32,000 bases of DNA, from the NCBI RefSeq assembly GCF_018389705.1, contig NZ_CP065581.1:60001-92000 (forward strand), given 5' to 3'. Shown here piece by piece: positions 1 to 8,671 of the stretch. How positions within the stretch are numbered: the first letter of the stretch is position 1; each line of letters opens with the position of its first letter. This DNA is from Mycoplasma mycoides subsp. capri (GTDB lineage Bacteria; Bacillota_I; Bacilli_A; Mycoplasmatales; Mycoplasmataceae). Below the pieces are notes generated by a model that worked only from the letters and a program-made list of their open reading frames with translations, did not search any database and was not told where the DNA came from. Made by a program: the position numbers and the translations under genes.

Positions 1-260
1 GATTCAAAATTTTGTTTTAATAAACTATAATCTTTATTTATATTTAATATTTCTAGTTTTAAATTAAATTGTTTACATAAATTAGTAACAATCATTTGAT
101 CATTGTTTGAATCTGATCTAAAGTTATAATTAACATGACAAACTACTAAATTATTTGGATCAACTATTTTAACAACATTACACAATAAAAAAACACTATC
201 AGGTCCACCTGATACTGCTATTAGGTATTTTTTAGATTTATTAATATTAAACAAGCTCAT
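1..260 (-). CDS. tilS: tRNA(Ile)-lysidine synthase, N-terminal part (gene runs off the left edge)
   Basis: ATG on complement at 260-258. Translation MSLFNINKSKKYLIAVSGGPDSVFLLCNVV... carries the PP-loop SGGxDS motif. The frame is open to the window edge. Not in the ORF track. Confidence 0.8.
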   Translation of the reverse strand, partial: MSLFNINKSKKYLIAVSGGPDSVFLLCNVVKIVDPNNLVVCHVNYNFRSDSNNDQMIVTNLCKQFNLKLEILNINKDYSLLKQNFE

Positions 261-262
261 AA

Positions 263-1090
263 TTATTCAATTTTTAAAGTTTTAATTATTTTTTCAAAAC
301 GGTCGTGATCTTTAGTTAAGATTCTATTAAATAGAACCTGAACAACATATAGTAAAGAAAAGTTTGCAGAATGCTTAATTTTTTGTAATGGGTCAGCATC
401 AGTAACTGCGTATTTAATTCAATAATCACAAACACTAGAATATTTGTTTGGTTTATTCATTGAAATTAATCCAATTCTAGAACCATTTTTCTTTAATTGA
501 ACAATTGATTGATAAGTAGTAATGTTTTCTGCAAAGTGAGAAATAACAATAAATACTCAAGATGAATCAGAAATTTTAGTATAGTAATCTAATAAATCTT
601 GTTGATTAATGATTACTGGTGGAATACCAATTAGATTCATCTTTTCAGCAAGCTCAGTAACAGCATGATTTACACTATTATCATAAGAAATTAAAGCAAC
701 AGTTTTAGTGTTATAAATTGCTTTAACTAGCTTGTCAACTTGGTTTGTTTCAATTAAAGCATCAGTTGCATTAATAGCTTTACTAATTTCTTCAAATTTA
801 GAAATTTTTTTATCTTTGTTTTGAAGTAAAAGTCTATTTTGTTCTTCTTGTTGATTTAAATAAACTCTTAATAAAGTTTGAAGTTCACTAAACCCTGAAA
901 TATCTAAATGTCTTTGACAAAATCTAGTAATAGTAGCTGGAGAAGTATAAGTGATTTGAGCTACTTTTGAAATAGTTGAATTAGTAATTAATTCAATGTT
1001 ATCTAAAATGATTCTACTAGTAATTCCAGATGCACTAGAGTGCTCTTTTGATAATTGATCAAGTTTTAAAATTAATTTTGTAACATCCAT
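263..1090 (-). CDS. RpiR/MurR-family transcriptional regulator (N-terminal HTH plus C-terminal SIS domain)
   Basis: Track ORF 557..1090 ends at TGA. I read the same frame codon by codon: it stays open through two TGA (Trp) codons to TAA at 263-265, giving 275 aa. The HTH region reads STISKVAQITYTSPATITRFCQRL-like, followed by a SIS-like C-terminal half. Confidence 0.75.
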
Positions 1091-1126
1091 ATACTTATTC
1101 TTTCTATTTGAATTATATAATACTTC

Positions 1127-1145
1127 CTAGTATTTAATATACTAG
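1127..1145. promoter_or_regulatory. 19-bp palindrome ctagtat-ttaat-atactag, a candidate operator upstream of rpiR
   Basis: Perfect 7-bp arms separated by 5 bp. It overlaps the TAG stop (1142-1144) of the upstream methyltransferase gene and lies about 10 bp upstream of a TATAAT box (complement of 1112-1117) that precedes the rpiR ATG at 1090. Confidence 0.3.
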
Positions 1146-1864
1146 TCGTGAAAGTATTTTAACAATTCATCAGTATAAGTTTCATCATCATTATGTGTAA
1201 TTAAAGTTGGTAATAATTCCATTCCTTCATTTCCTTGATATATTCCATCTAATAAAATCATTTTTGCATTATCTATTTTTTTAGATTGAATTAATCTTAA
1301 TCTTTTTGGATAAATATTATATTTATAAAATAAATTAATAATTTCACTTAGTCTTTCACTTCTATGAACTATAGTAAAATTACCTTTATTTTTTAAACAT
1401 CTAGAAGCACTTTTAATAATATCTTCTAAAGTAATTAATAATTCATGTCTAGCATTAGCAACTTCTAAAGAAATTTCTTTTAGTTTAGGATTACCATCCA
1501 TTTTAAAAAAAGGAGGATTACATACAACTAAATCAAATTCTTGATTATGTAATTTACTAAACTCTTTAATATCAGCATGTACAATTTCAATTTGATCTTC
1601 TAAGCCATTTAACTTAATATTTTGTTTTGCTATTTCAACTGCTTTATGTTGAATTTCAACTCCAATGATTTTTGCTTTTGTGTATTTAGATAAAATCAAA
1701 GGAATAACAGCATTATTAGTCCCAAAATCACAAATCTTTTTTTTCTTACTATTTAAATTACAAAATCTAGCTACTAATACACTATCTAAAGTAAAATTAA
1801 ACATCTTATTATCTTGATATAATTTTCTATTTTTATATCCTAATAAATCATTTAAAACTTTCAT
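1142..1864 (-). CDS. SAM-dependent N6-adenine methyltransferase, TrmN6/YfiC/YabB-like (tRNA m6A37-type)
   Basis: Intact 240-aa ORF. It has a glycine-rich SAM-binding region (ICDFGTNNAVIPL) and the catalytic NPPF motif (VVCNPPFF). The position downstream of holB matches the Firmicutes yabB neighbourhood. Confidence 0.75.
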   Translation of the reverse strand: MKVLNDLLGYKNRKLYQDNKMFNFTLDSVLVARFCNLNSKKKKICDFGTNNAVIPLILSKYTKAKIIGVEIQHKAVEIAKQNIKLNGLEDQIEIVHADIKEFSKLHNQEFDLVVCNPPFFKMDGNPKLKEISLEVANARHELLITLEDIIKSASRCLKNKGNFTIVHRSERLSEIINLFYKYNIYPKRLRLIQSKKIDNAKMILLDGIYQGNEGMELLPTLITHNDDETYTDELLKYFHD

Positions 1865-2604
1865 TAAATTTGTTCTACAATTCTAATTAAATAATTATCT
1901 ATAGCTATATTTGTAAGTGGTAAAAATTTTAGATCATCTAATAATTCTAAAGTACAACTAATTAAATTAGTAAATTGATAAATAATAGTTCTATTATATG
2001 CATCATCAATCATTTTAATTAGTTCATTTTTATTCATAGCTTTTATTTCTTTATTAAATAATAAAATCTCATCTTTATTTTTAGATATTAATAATTCTTC
2101 AAATTTATTAAGCTTATTATCTATTTTAGTTTCATTGTCTATATTAATTAACTGACAACGTGATCAAATAGTATTAATAATTTCACTATAATTATTAGTT
2201 AGTAAAATTCCATAAGTATTAATAGGTGGTTCTTCTAAAAATTTTAATAAAGAATTAGCAGCACTTTGTTTAAGATTTTGAGCGTTTTTAATTATAAAAA
2301 ACTTAATATTTTGTGTTGCAGTTGCTGATAAAGACATTTTATTAATTAGATCTAATACCTCTTGATTTGTTATATTAATATTATTTCCAATAGTTAGTAT
2401 ATCAACATGTGTGTTATTTTGTATTTGATCTTTTAATTTATTAAAATCAAGATCACTTACATTCTTATTAAAAGCATAATAAATAATTTGATAAATAACA
2501 TCTCAACTAGTTTGTTCATCTTTACAATTTAAAATAATGTTTGAAAATAAGTTATTATTGTCAATTAGTTTTTTTAATCTGCTAATTACTTGTTCTTTTT
2601 TCAT
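1864..2604 (-). CDS. holB: DNA polymerase III delta' subunit
   Basis: Absent from the ORF track because of two in-frame TGA codons. Code-4 translation [20 protein letters not shown]...[32 protein letters not shown] gives 246 aa with the clamp-loader LEEPP and SRC motifs. The ATG at 2604 overlaps the tmk 3' end by 23 nt. The TAA stop overlaps the next gene's ATG (TAATG). Confidence 0.8.
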
Positions 2605-3223
2605 TTTCTTTAAGCTTTTCTAAAATTATTTTTATAGCTTGATTATAAACTTGATCAATATCTTGATTAGCATCAATTACTTTAATACGTTTGGGATTAT
2701 TTTTAACTAGTTCTAAATAACCTTGATATACTTTTTGTTTAAAATCACTTTTTTCTTTATCTAGTCTATTTTTTGAATTTTCTCCTCTTATTTGCATTCT
2801 TTTTTCAGCTTCACTAAAAGAAACATCAAAAAATAATGTTAGATCAGGTAAACAATTTTTTAAAACAATTTGTTGAACTTCACTAACTACATCAACACCA
2901 ATATTTCTAGCACTTCCTTGATAAGCACTAGTTGAATCAATAAAGCGATCTGAAATAACAATAATATTTTTTTCTAAAGCTGGCTTTATTACTTTTTGTA
3001 GATGTTGATTTCTTGAAGCTATAAATAATAAAGCCTCAGTTCAAGCATCCATATCTTTATTTTTATTATCTAAAATAATTTGTCTAATTTGTTCAGCAAT
3101 AGCTTCTCCACCAGGTTCTCTTGTAATTAAAACTTGATAATTTAATCTTTCTAGTTCTTCTTTTACTTTTAATAAAGCAGTAGTTTTTCCACTACCATCC
3201 ATTCCTTCAAATGTAATAAACAT
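2582..3223 (-). CDS. tmk: thymidylate kinase
   Basis: Track ORFs 3041..3223 and 2582..2797 share one frame and are joined through TGA=Trp at 3041-3043. It has the P-loop [11 protein letters not shown] and continues [16 protein letters not shown]. Total 213 aa. Confidence 0.9.
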
Positions 3224-3225
3224 TA

Positions 3226-3816
3226 TTATTCTCCATATTTTTTTCTATTAAGAAATGCACTTTGTAAAGTGAATTCATCCATATAATCTAAACTAGCTCC
3301 CATTGGTATTCCTTTAGCTAATCTTGTAATTTTAATGTTTTTAGTACTTAGTAATTTGTATAAATAATTAGCAGTTAACTCACCTTCAAAAGTAGAATTT
3401 AAAGCTAAAATAATTTCAGTATTATCATTAATTCTTTTAAAAATAGAACTAATGTTTAATTTATCAAATGTAATGTTTTTATTTAGATTAATTTCACCAT
3501 TTAAAATATGATAAACCCCTTTGTATTTATTAGTATTTTCAATGTTTTTTGCATCTAAAATTGTTGAAACTATACAAATTATATTTTGATTTCTATTCTC
3601 TAAACTGCATACTAAACATTTATCATTTTCACTTAAATACCCACATATTTTGCAAGTTGAAATTAATTGTTTTGCTTTATTTAATTGATCAATAAATTGA
3701 TCTAGTTTATCTTTATTTATTAATAAATCAACTAATAATCTTTCTGATGTTTTTTTAGTTAAACCTTGATTTGTTCTAATTGATTCAATAATTTCATCAA
3801 ATGTAGTTTCTAACAT
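3226..3816 (-). CDS. recR: recombination protein RecR
   Basis: The Cys4 zinc finger [16 protein letters not shown] and a Toprim-like C-terminal half are present. The track start (3825) is a GTG. I prefer the ATG at 3816, which lies 1 nt after the dnaX TAA stop. Confidence 0.9.
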   Translation of the reverse strand: MLETTFDEIIESIRTNQGLTKKTSERLLVDLLINKDKLDQFIDQLNKAKQLISTCKICGYLSENDKCLVCSLENRNQNIICIVSTILDAKNIENTNKYKGVYHILNGEINLNKNITFDKLNISSIFKRINDNTEIILALNSTFEGELTANYLYKLLSTKNIKITRLAKGIPMGASLDYMDEFTLQSAFLNRKKYGE

Positions 3817-3817
3817 T

Positions 3818-5779
3818 TTAATCACCTATCATAAAATCATCATTAAATAGATCTTTAGCTTTATTAATTAAATCTTGATCAATTTCATCATTAATAGTTA
3901 AATATTTTTCTTTTAATTGTTTTAAATTAATTTCACTATATTCAGATAATTTATTTTTATTTTTTAAATCAATAAAAATAGTTTTAATTTCATCTCACTT
4001 CATTTTATCAATAGCAAAAATTAAATATGGTTTTTTAAATCAATTATAAATTTGTTGTAAAACATGATTATCTAACATTGAATCATTAATTAAGTTAGCT
4101 TGTGCTTTTGTTTGAGTTTTTAAAACAATTACATCATTAGTTAAAGAAATGATCTTACTATCTAATAACATAAATAATTCAGAAGCTATTTGGGCATTTA
4201 CTAATTGATCATCATTTTGTAAAAATAAGTCTTCAAGTAATTGTTCAATATTATGGATTTGATTTTTATAGTTTTTAGTTTCTATTAAAATACTAATTAA
4301 ATCTTCATTAAAAAGCATTTTTACTTTACTATCTATTGCTTGAGAAATATGAATATTAAATTTTATTTTTAATTCACTAAGAGTTTTACAAATCTCATCT
4401 ATTGTTTGTTCTTTTTGATTATAAAAATCAAACTCATTAATTGGATCATCTAAATTAGTACTATCTAGTGGTTTGTCATTTTCAATAGTGTTTTTAATTA
4501 AGGTTTGATCCTCAAGATCTTTTGTTAATGACAAATCATCAATTATAGGTTGTTGTATAACAGGTTCATCAATTATAGCTTCATCAATTATAGGTTCATC
4601 TAAAACTTCAGGTGTTATATCATTTGGTTTTAAAATTTCTTGATTTTGTTCAACTTGTTTTGTGCTTATAGTTTTTGATACTGCTTGTAAGTTGTTATTA
4701 TTTGAATTAATTGTTTTTAATAAACTTAATAATAAATAATTAAAACTAATGTTAGCGGCTTTTGTTTTAAAATAAGCTTCAGCTAGATTATCAGCTAGTA
4801 TAAAGAGATTATTAACATTTATATTATTAAATTGTTCAACTTCATTTTTTTCTAAGATATTTAAAAACTCAGTGTTATTAGTTAGTTTATATTCAATAAT
4901 TTCTTTTAAAATCTCAATTAAACCTAAAGCAAAAACATCTCAATTCATTCCCTGATCATTTGCTTTTTGAAAATAAGAAATTATAAAACTAGTGTTATTA
5001 TTTAATGATTGATGAATAACTTGTAATTGTTCTTGTTTTGTTGCAATTAGAAAAATTGATTTTAGAGTTTTTATAGTAATTAGATCATCTGTAGCTAACA
5101 TTAATTGTTCTAAAATATTAATTGCATCTCTTAAAGAACCTTCTGAAAGATAAAATATTTCATCTAAAACTTCTTTTTCGATCTGATAATTTTCTTGATT
5201 TGCTATATATTGCAAGCGGTTTTTTAAAGAATTTTTATCAATTTTTGTAAAGTTAAAAATTTGACATCTTGATAGAATAGTTTGAGGGATTTTATTAAAT
5301 TCAGTAGTTGCTAAAATAAAAATTGCATAAACTGGAGGTTCTTCTAAAGTTTTTAATAAAGCATTAAAAGCTTGTTTTGTTAACATATGAACTTCATCAA
5401 TAATATAAACTTTATATTTACTATTTAATGGTAAAGTTGAAACCGAATTTTTAATTTCTCTAATTTCATCAACACCATTATTTGAAGCAGCATCGATTTC
5501 AATAATATCGATTAATTGGTTTTGATTTGCTAATTTACAATTATTGCATTGTTCACAAGCTGTTGAGTTTGTTAAATTTAAACAATTAATAGTTTTTGCA
5601 AAAATTCTAGCAACACTTGTTTTTCCAGTTCCTCTTTGACCAGAAAATAATAAAGCATGATTTATTCTATTATCTTTAATTTGTTTTTCTAGTATTTCTT
5701 TTATGTTATTATGACCAGCAACACTATTAAAATCTTTTGGTCTATATGTTCTATATAAAGATTGTTTATTTGTATTCAT
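3818..5779 (-). CDS. dnaX: DNA polymerase III tau subunit with a long, poorly conserved C-terminal region
   Basis: Track ORFs 4940..5791 and 4040..4534 are in one frame. I read the gaps and found only TGA codons, with no TAA or TAG, down to TAA at 3818-3820 (653 aa). The AAA+ Walker A GQRGTGKTS, a Cys-rich zinc module (CEQCNNC) and SRC are present. The ATG at 5779 is preceded by GGAGGG. Confidence 0.9.
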
Positions 5780-5860
5780 TTTACCCTCCAACTAATATAA
5801 TTTTATCTTATATTAGTACTTGATTAGATAAACAAATACTAGTAGTTTATATTAGAAAAA

Positions 5861-6304
5861 TTATCTTTTGTTAATAAAAAAATTATTTAATAATTTAATG
5901 TATTCTGATTGTTTATTGTGGTTTTTTATTTGAATTAAATTAAGGTTTTGATCATTAATACTATAGTTATTTTGAATACCAAATTTATAACTATCAACTA
6001 AATAATAAATAGTATTAATTTTTGCTTGTTTAATTGCTGAATAACACATCATACAAGGCTCTAAAGTTGTAATTAGTTTATATTCAGATAAATTAAAAGT
6101 ATTTAGTTTGTTAATTAGTTTGTTAATAGCATTAATTTCAGCATGCTGAGAAATATTTTTATTTTTATATCTTGTATTAATAGACATAGTCAAAATATTG
6201 TTATTGTTATCAATAATACAACAACAAACTGGTATATCATTATGTTTAATTGCTTTTTTAGATTGATTGATCATTAGATCTAAGATGTTATTAAAATCAC
6301 TCAT
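5861..6304 (-). CDS. tadA: tRNA-specific adenosine deaminase (CDA-fold zinc deaminase)
   Basis: 147-aa ORF with the deaminase zinc motifs HAEINAI and PCMMC. Confidence 0.8.
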   Translation of the reverse strand: MSDFNNILDLMINQSKKAIKHNDIPVCCCIIDNNNNILTMSINTRYKNKNISQHAEINAINKLINKLNTFNLSEYKLITTLEPCMMCYSAIKQAKINTIYYLVDSYKFGIQNNYSINDQNLNLIQIKNHNKQSEYIKLLNNFFINKR

Positions 6305-6321
6305 AGTTTTTCAAATAAAAA

Positions 6322-6398
6322 ACCGCAATACAGAACACTTTTCCTTATAGCTGCTACCTTCCGGTCCTAACTCGTTCAGATGTTATTCTTATCGCGGC
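6322..6398 (-). ncRNA. ffs: signal recognition particle RNA (small 4.5S-type SRP RNA)
   Basis: The complement reads GCCGCGAUAAGAAUAACAUCUGAACGAGUUAGGACCGGAAGGUAGCAGCUAUAAGGAAAAGUGUUCUGUAUUGCGGU. The core GGACCGGAAGG(U/A)AGCAGC matches the conserved domain IV of E. coli 4.5S RNA (GGUCCGGAAGGAAGCAGCC). The 5' GCCGCGAUA pairs with the 3' UAUUGCGGU, followed by a U run. The ends are approximate. Confidence 0.85.
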
Positions 6399-6404
6399 GT
6401 TATA

Positions 6405-6433
6405 ATTATATTATATTTTTAAGTCTTATTCAA
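6405..6433 (-). promoter_or_regulatory. sigma-70-type promoter for ffs (TTGAAT, 17 nt spacer, TATAAT)
   Basis: On the complement, TTGAAT lies at 6433-6428, followed by a 17-nt spacer and TATAAT at 6410-6405. The G at 6398, which opens the SRP RNA terminal helix, lies 7 nt downstream. Confidence 0.6.
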
Positions 6434-6444
6434 TTAAGTAGATA

Positions 6445-7407
6445 TTAATCTTTATAATCACCTAATAAAACATAATCAACACGTTTTATTGCTTGTAAAT
6501 CTTTTCCACCAGCATATGAAATTGATGATTGTAAGTCTTCAGTCATTTCTTTTAAAGTATCAAAAATACTTCCTCTAATTTTAATTAGTTCTTTTTTACC
6601 TTCAACATAACGTTTTTCACTTTTATTATATTCACTAGCTGATCCATAATATTCTTTATAAATACAATTATCGATTTCAACTTCTTTTCCAGGTGATTCT
6701 AAATGTGCAGCAAACAAACTTCCAATCATACAAAAACTAGCACCCATTCTAATAGATTTTGCAATATCTCCATGAACTCTTAATCCACCATCAGCAATAA
6801 TTGGTTTTGATGCAGTTTTTGCACAATATTTAAGTGCAGATAGTTGTCATCCACCAGTTCCAAAACCTGTTTTTAATTTAGTAATACATACTTTTCCTGG
6901 ACCAATTCCAACCTTAGTAGCATCAGCTCCTCATAATTCTAAATCTCTAACTGCTTTTGGTGTTGCTACATTTCCAGCAATAATAAAAACTTGATCTTTC
7001 ATTTTTTCTCTAATATAACTAATTATATTTTTAACACTTAAAGCATGACCATGAGCTATATCAATTGTTATATAATCTGGAATTAAATTTTGTTCAACCA
7101 TTTGATCTACTAATTTATATTCATCAGGTTTAACACCTAAAGAAATTGAAGTTATCAAGTTTTTATCTTTCATGTTTTTAATGAATTTTATTTGATCAAC
7201 ATTAAATCTATGCATTATATAAAAATAGCCATTTTTTGCTAATTTTTCAGCTAATTCTTCATTAATTATTGTTGCCATATTTGCAGGCACAACAGGCAAT
7301 TTAAAAGTATGTTTTCCTAAAGTTGCAGTAGTATTGCATTCTTTTCTTGAATTAACAATACACATTTCAGGAATAAGCTGCACATCATCATAATCAAATA
7401 TCTTCAT
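6445..7407 (-). CDS. guaC: GMP reductase
   Basis: Track ORFs 6931..7407 and 6445..6747 share one frame and are joined through TGA codons (320 aa). The N-terminus [44 protein letters not shown] closely parallels Firmicutes GuaC. The middle reads [37 protein letters not shown] precedes the ATG. Confidence 0.9.
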
Positions 7408-7471
7408 AAAAATTTCTCCTTAAAAAACATATTATAAATTAATAGAGTAAAAATATCTATTTAAACATAAT

Positions 7472-7490
7472 AAAAACGGCTATGCCGTTT
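7472..7490 (-). terminator. rho-independent terminator after the coiled-coil protein gene
   Basis: The complement reads AAACGGC-AUA-GCCGUUU followed by UUAUUAU. It sits between the stop at 7504 and the guaC start region. Confidence 0.6.
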
Positions 7491-7503
7491 ATTTAAAAAC
7501 AAT

Positions 7504-8118
7504 TTATCTAGTAATTATTATTTTACTTATCTTTTTAGATTTTTTAAAAATCCTTTTATTTAAACCAACCACAGCTCCACAAATTGATATTGCTAGTAAT
7601 GTTAAACCAGCACCAATACTAATTGCTATTTGTTGTGTTTTATCTAATTGATTTGAATCTAGTTTATTTTTTGACTCATTAATTAAATCAATAATTTGAG
7701 AAGGATCATTATTTTTAAAGTATTTTTCATCACTATTTAAAACTTTAAATAGTTGTTCATATTCTTTTAACTTAATCTTAAGTTTTTCTTTTTCTTTTAA
7801 AAGTTCATTATTTGAATTATATTCATTATTTAAAAATTCTTTAAATTCTAATAATTCAGTTTTAATTTTTAAATAATCTTTTAATTTAGCTTTTAATTCT
7901 TTATTTTCTTCTAGTAATTTTTTATTAGAAGAAAATTCTTGATCTAATAGCTCTTTATATTCCATAACTTCTTTTTTTAGTTTTTCAAGTTCTACTGAAG
8001 TTTGGCTTTTTAAAACTAAATTAGAGTTATTTAAATCGTTATTTTTTAAATAAGCACTAAAAATAATTGTTGAAATTAATAAAAAATTAAGACCCAATAT
8101 ATTAAATAACTTTTTCAT
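7504..8118 (-). CDS. hypothetical coiled-coil membrane protein with hydrophobic segments at both termini
   Basis: Intact 204-aa ORF. There is an N-terminal hydrophobic segment (LGLNFLLISTIIFSAYL, no lipobox Cys). An internal ~30-aa repeat reads EYKELLDQEFSSNKKLLEENKELKAKLKDY and EFKEFLNNEYNSNNELLKEKEKLKIKLKEY. A C-terminal hydrophobic segment (IAISIGAGLTLLAISICGAVVGL) is followed by a basic tail. A GAGGG ribosome-binding site is present. Confidence 0.7.
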   Translation of the reverse strand: MKKLFNILGLNFLLISTIIFSAYLKNNDLNNSNLVLKSQTSVELEKLKKEVMEYKELLDQEFSSNKKLLEENKELKAKLKDYLKIKTELLEFKEFLNNEYNSNNELLKEKEKLKIKLKEYEQLFKVLNSDEKYFKNNDPSQIIDLINESKNKLDSNQLDKTQQIAISIGAGLTLLAISICGAVVGLNKRIFKKSKKISKIIITR

Positions 8119-8160
8119 AATTATTTAACCCTCATACATTTGTATTCTATAAACTATTTA

Positions 8161-8189
8161 ATTATATTAATGTTTTTTAGATATTACAA
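8161..8189 (-). promoter_or_regulatory. candidate promoter (TTGTAA, 17 nt spacer, TATAAT) for the coiled-coil protein gene
   Basis: On the complement, TTGTAA lies at 8189-8184 and TATAAT at 8166-8161 with a 17-nt spacer. This is about 45 nt upstream of the ATG at 8118. Such matches arise by chance in AT-rich DNA. Confidence 0.4.
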
Positions 8190-8220
8190 TGTGGGTTTTA
8201 ATTAGTATTAAAGCTAAATA

Positions 8221-8244
8221 AAAAAAGAAGTATAAACTTCTTTA
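8221..8244 (-). terminator. rho-independent terminator after the RDD-like gene
   Basis: The complement reads AAAGAAGU-UUAU-ACUUCUUU followed by UUUUAUUU. The stem overlaps the TAA stop at 8242-8244. Confidence 0.55.
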
Positions 8245-8562
8245 TTTTTGGTTTATAACAATGAAATTGTCAGCTTTTTTTTCTGCAAAAGTTCCCTTTT
8301 TTAAAATGATTCTAAATAAATCAATAAATAGTAGAATTCCAAGTGTTAAAAAGCGTAATAATCAGAATAAAAGTCTTCATAATGCAAGTTTAAACATTTT
8401 ATTACTACTATATTTAGTTCCAGTTGCTCTCATTCCTCAAGATGGGCTACCTTTAATATATAAAATAATAAAAATAATTAGGTAAATACCTAAAGTAAAT
8501 ACTAATGCTAAAGAGTCAATAAGACTTTTAAAAACTCTTCTTCAAAATCCGGCTATTTTCAT
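8242..8562 (-). CDS. small RDD-family-like membrane protein (106 aa)
   Basis: Not in the ORF track because it contains four in-frame TGA codons. Code-4 translation: MKIAGFWRRVFKSLIDSLALVFTLGIYLIIFIILYIKGSPSWGMRATG...ADNFIVINQK. The N-terminal AGFWRR..ID motif and the C-terminal acidic, hydrophobic end resemble RDD-domain proteins. A GAAGGA ribosome-binding site is present. The plus-strand track ORF 8261..8485 is its antisense shadow. Confidence 0.6.
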
Positions 8563-8576
8563 TTCTGTCCTTCTAA

Positions 8577-8592
8577 TTTTTTTTTTTTTTTT
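8577..8592. repeat. homopolymer tract: 16 consecutive T (A16 on the minus strand)
   Basis: Counted directly: T at every position from 8577 to 8592. It lies 15 nt upstream of the RDD-like gene ATG (8562) and 80 nt downstream of the DUF31 lipoprotein stop (8672). Confidence 0.95.
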
Positions 8593-8671
8593 AAACTATT
8601 CAATAATAAGTATATTATTTTACTTTTTAATGAAAAGTACTAAAGTAAAAAAATAAGGCTTTTAAACAAGT

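Noticed and set aside
4843-4856. An A7 run (GAA AAA AAT) in dnaX, considered as a possible -1 frameshift site producing a gamma-like short product. The -1 frame stops after about 8 codons.
   Set aside because: The site falls around codon 310, inside clamp-loader domain III, so the product would be truncated within an essential domain. A7 runs and nearby out-of-frame stops are common by chance in this AT-rich genome. No downstream stimulatory hairpin is visible.
8261-8485. Plus-strand 74-aa ORF.
   Set aside because: It is the antisense shadow of the better-supported minus-strand RDD-like gene (8242..8562), which has a ribosome-binding site, a terminator and a recognisable N-terminal motif.
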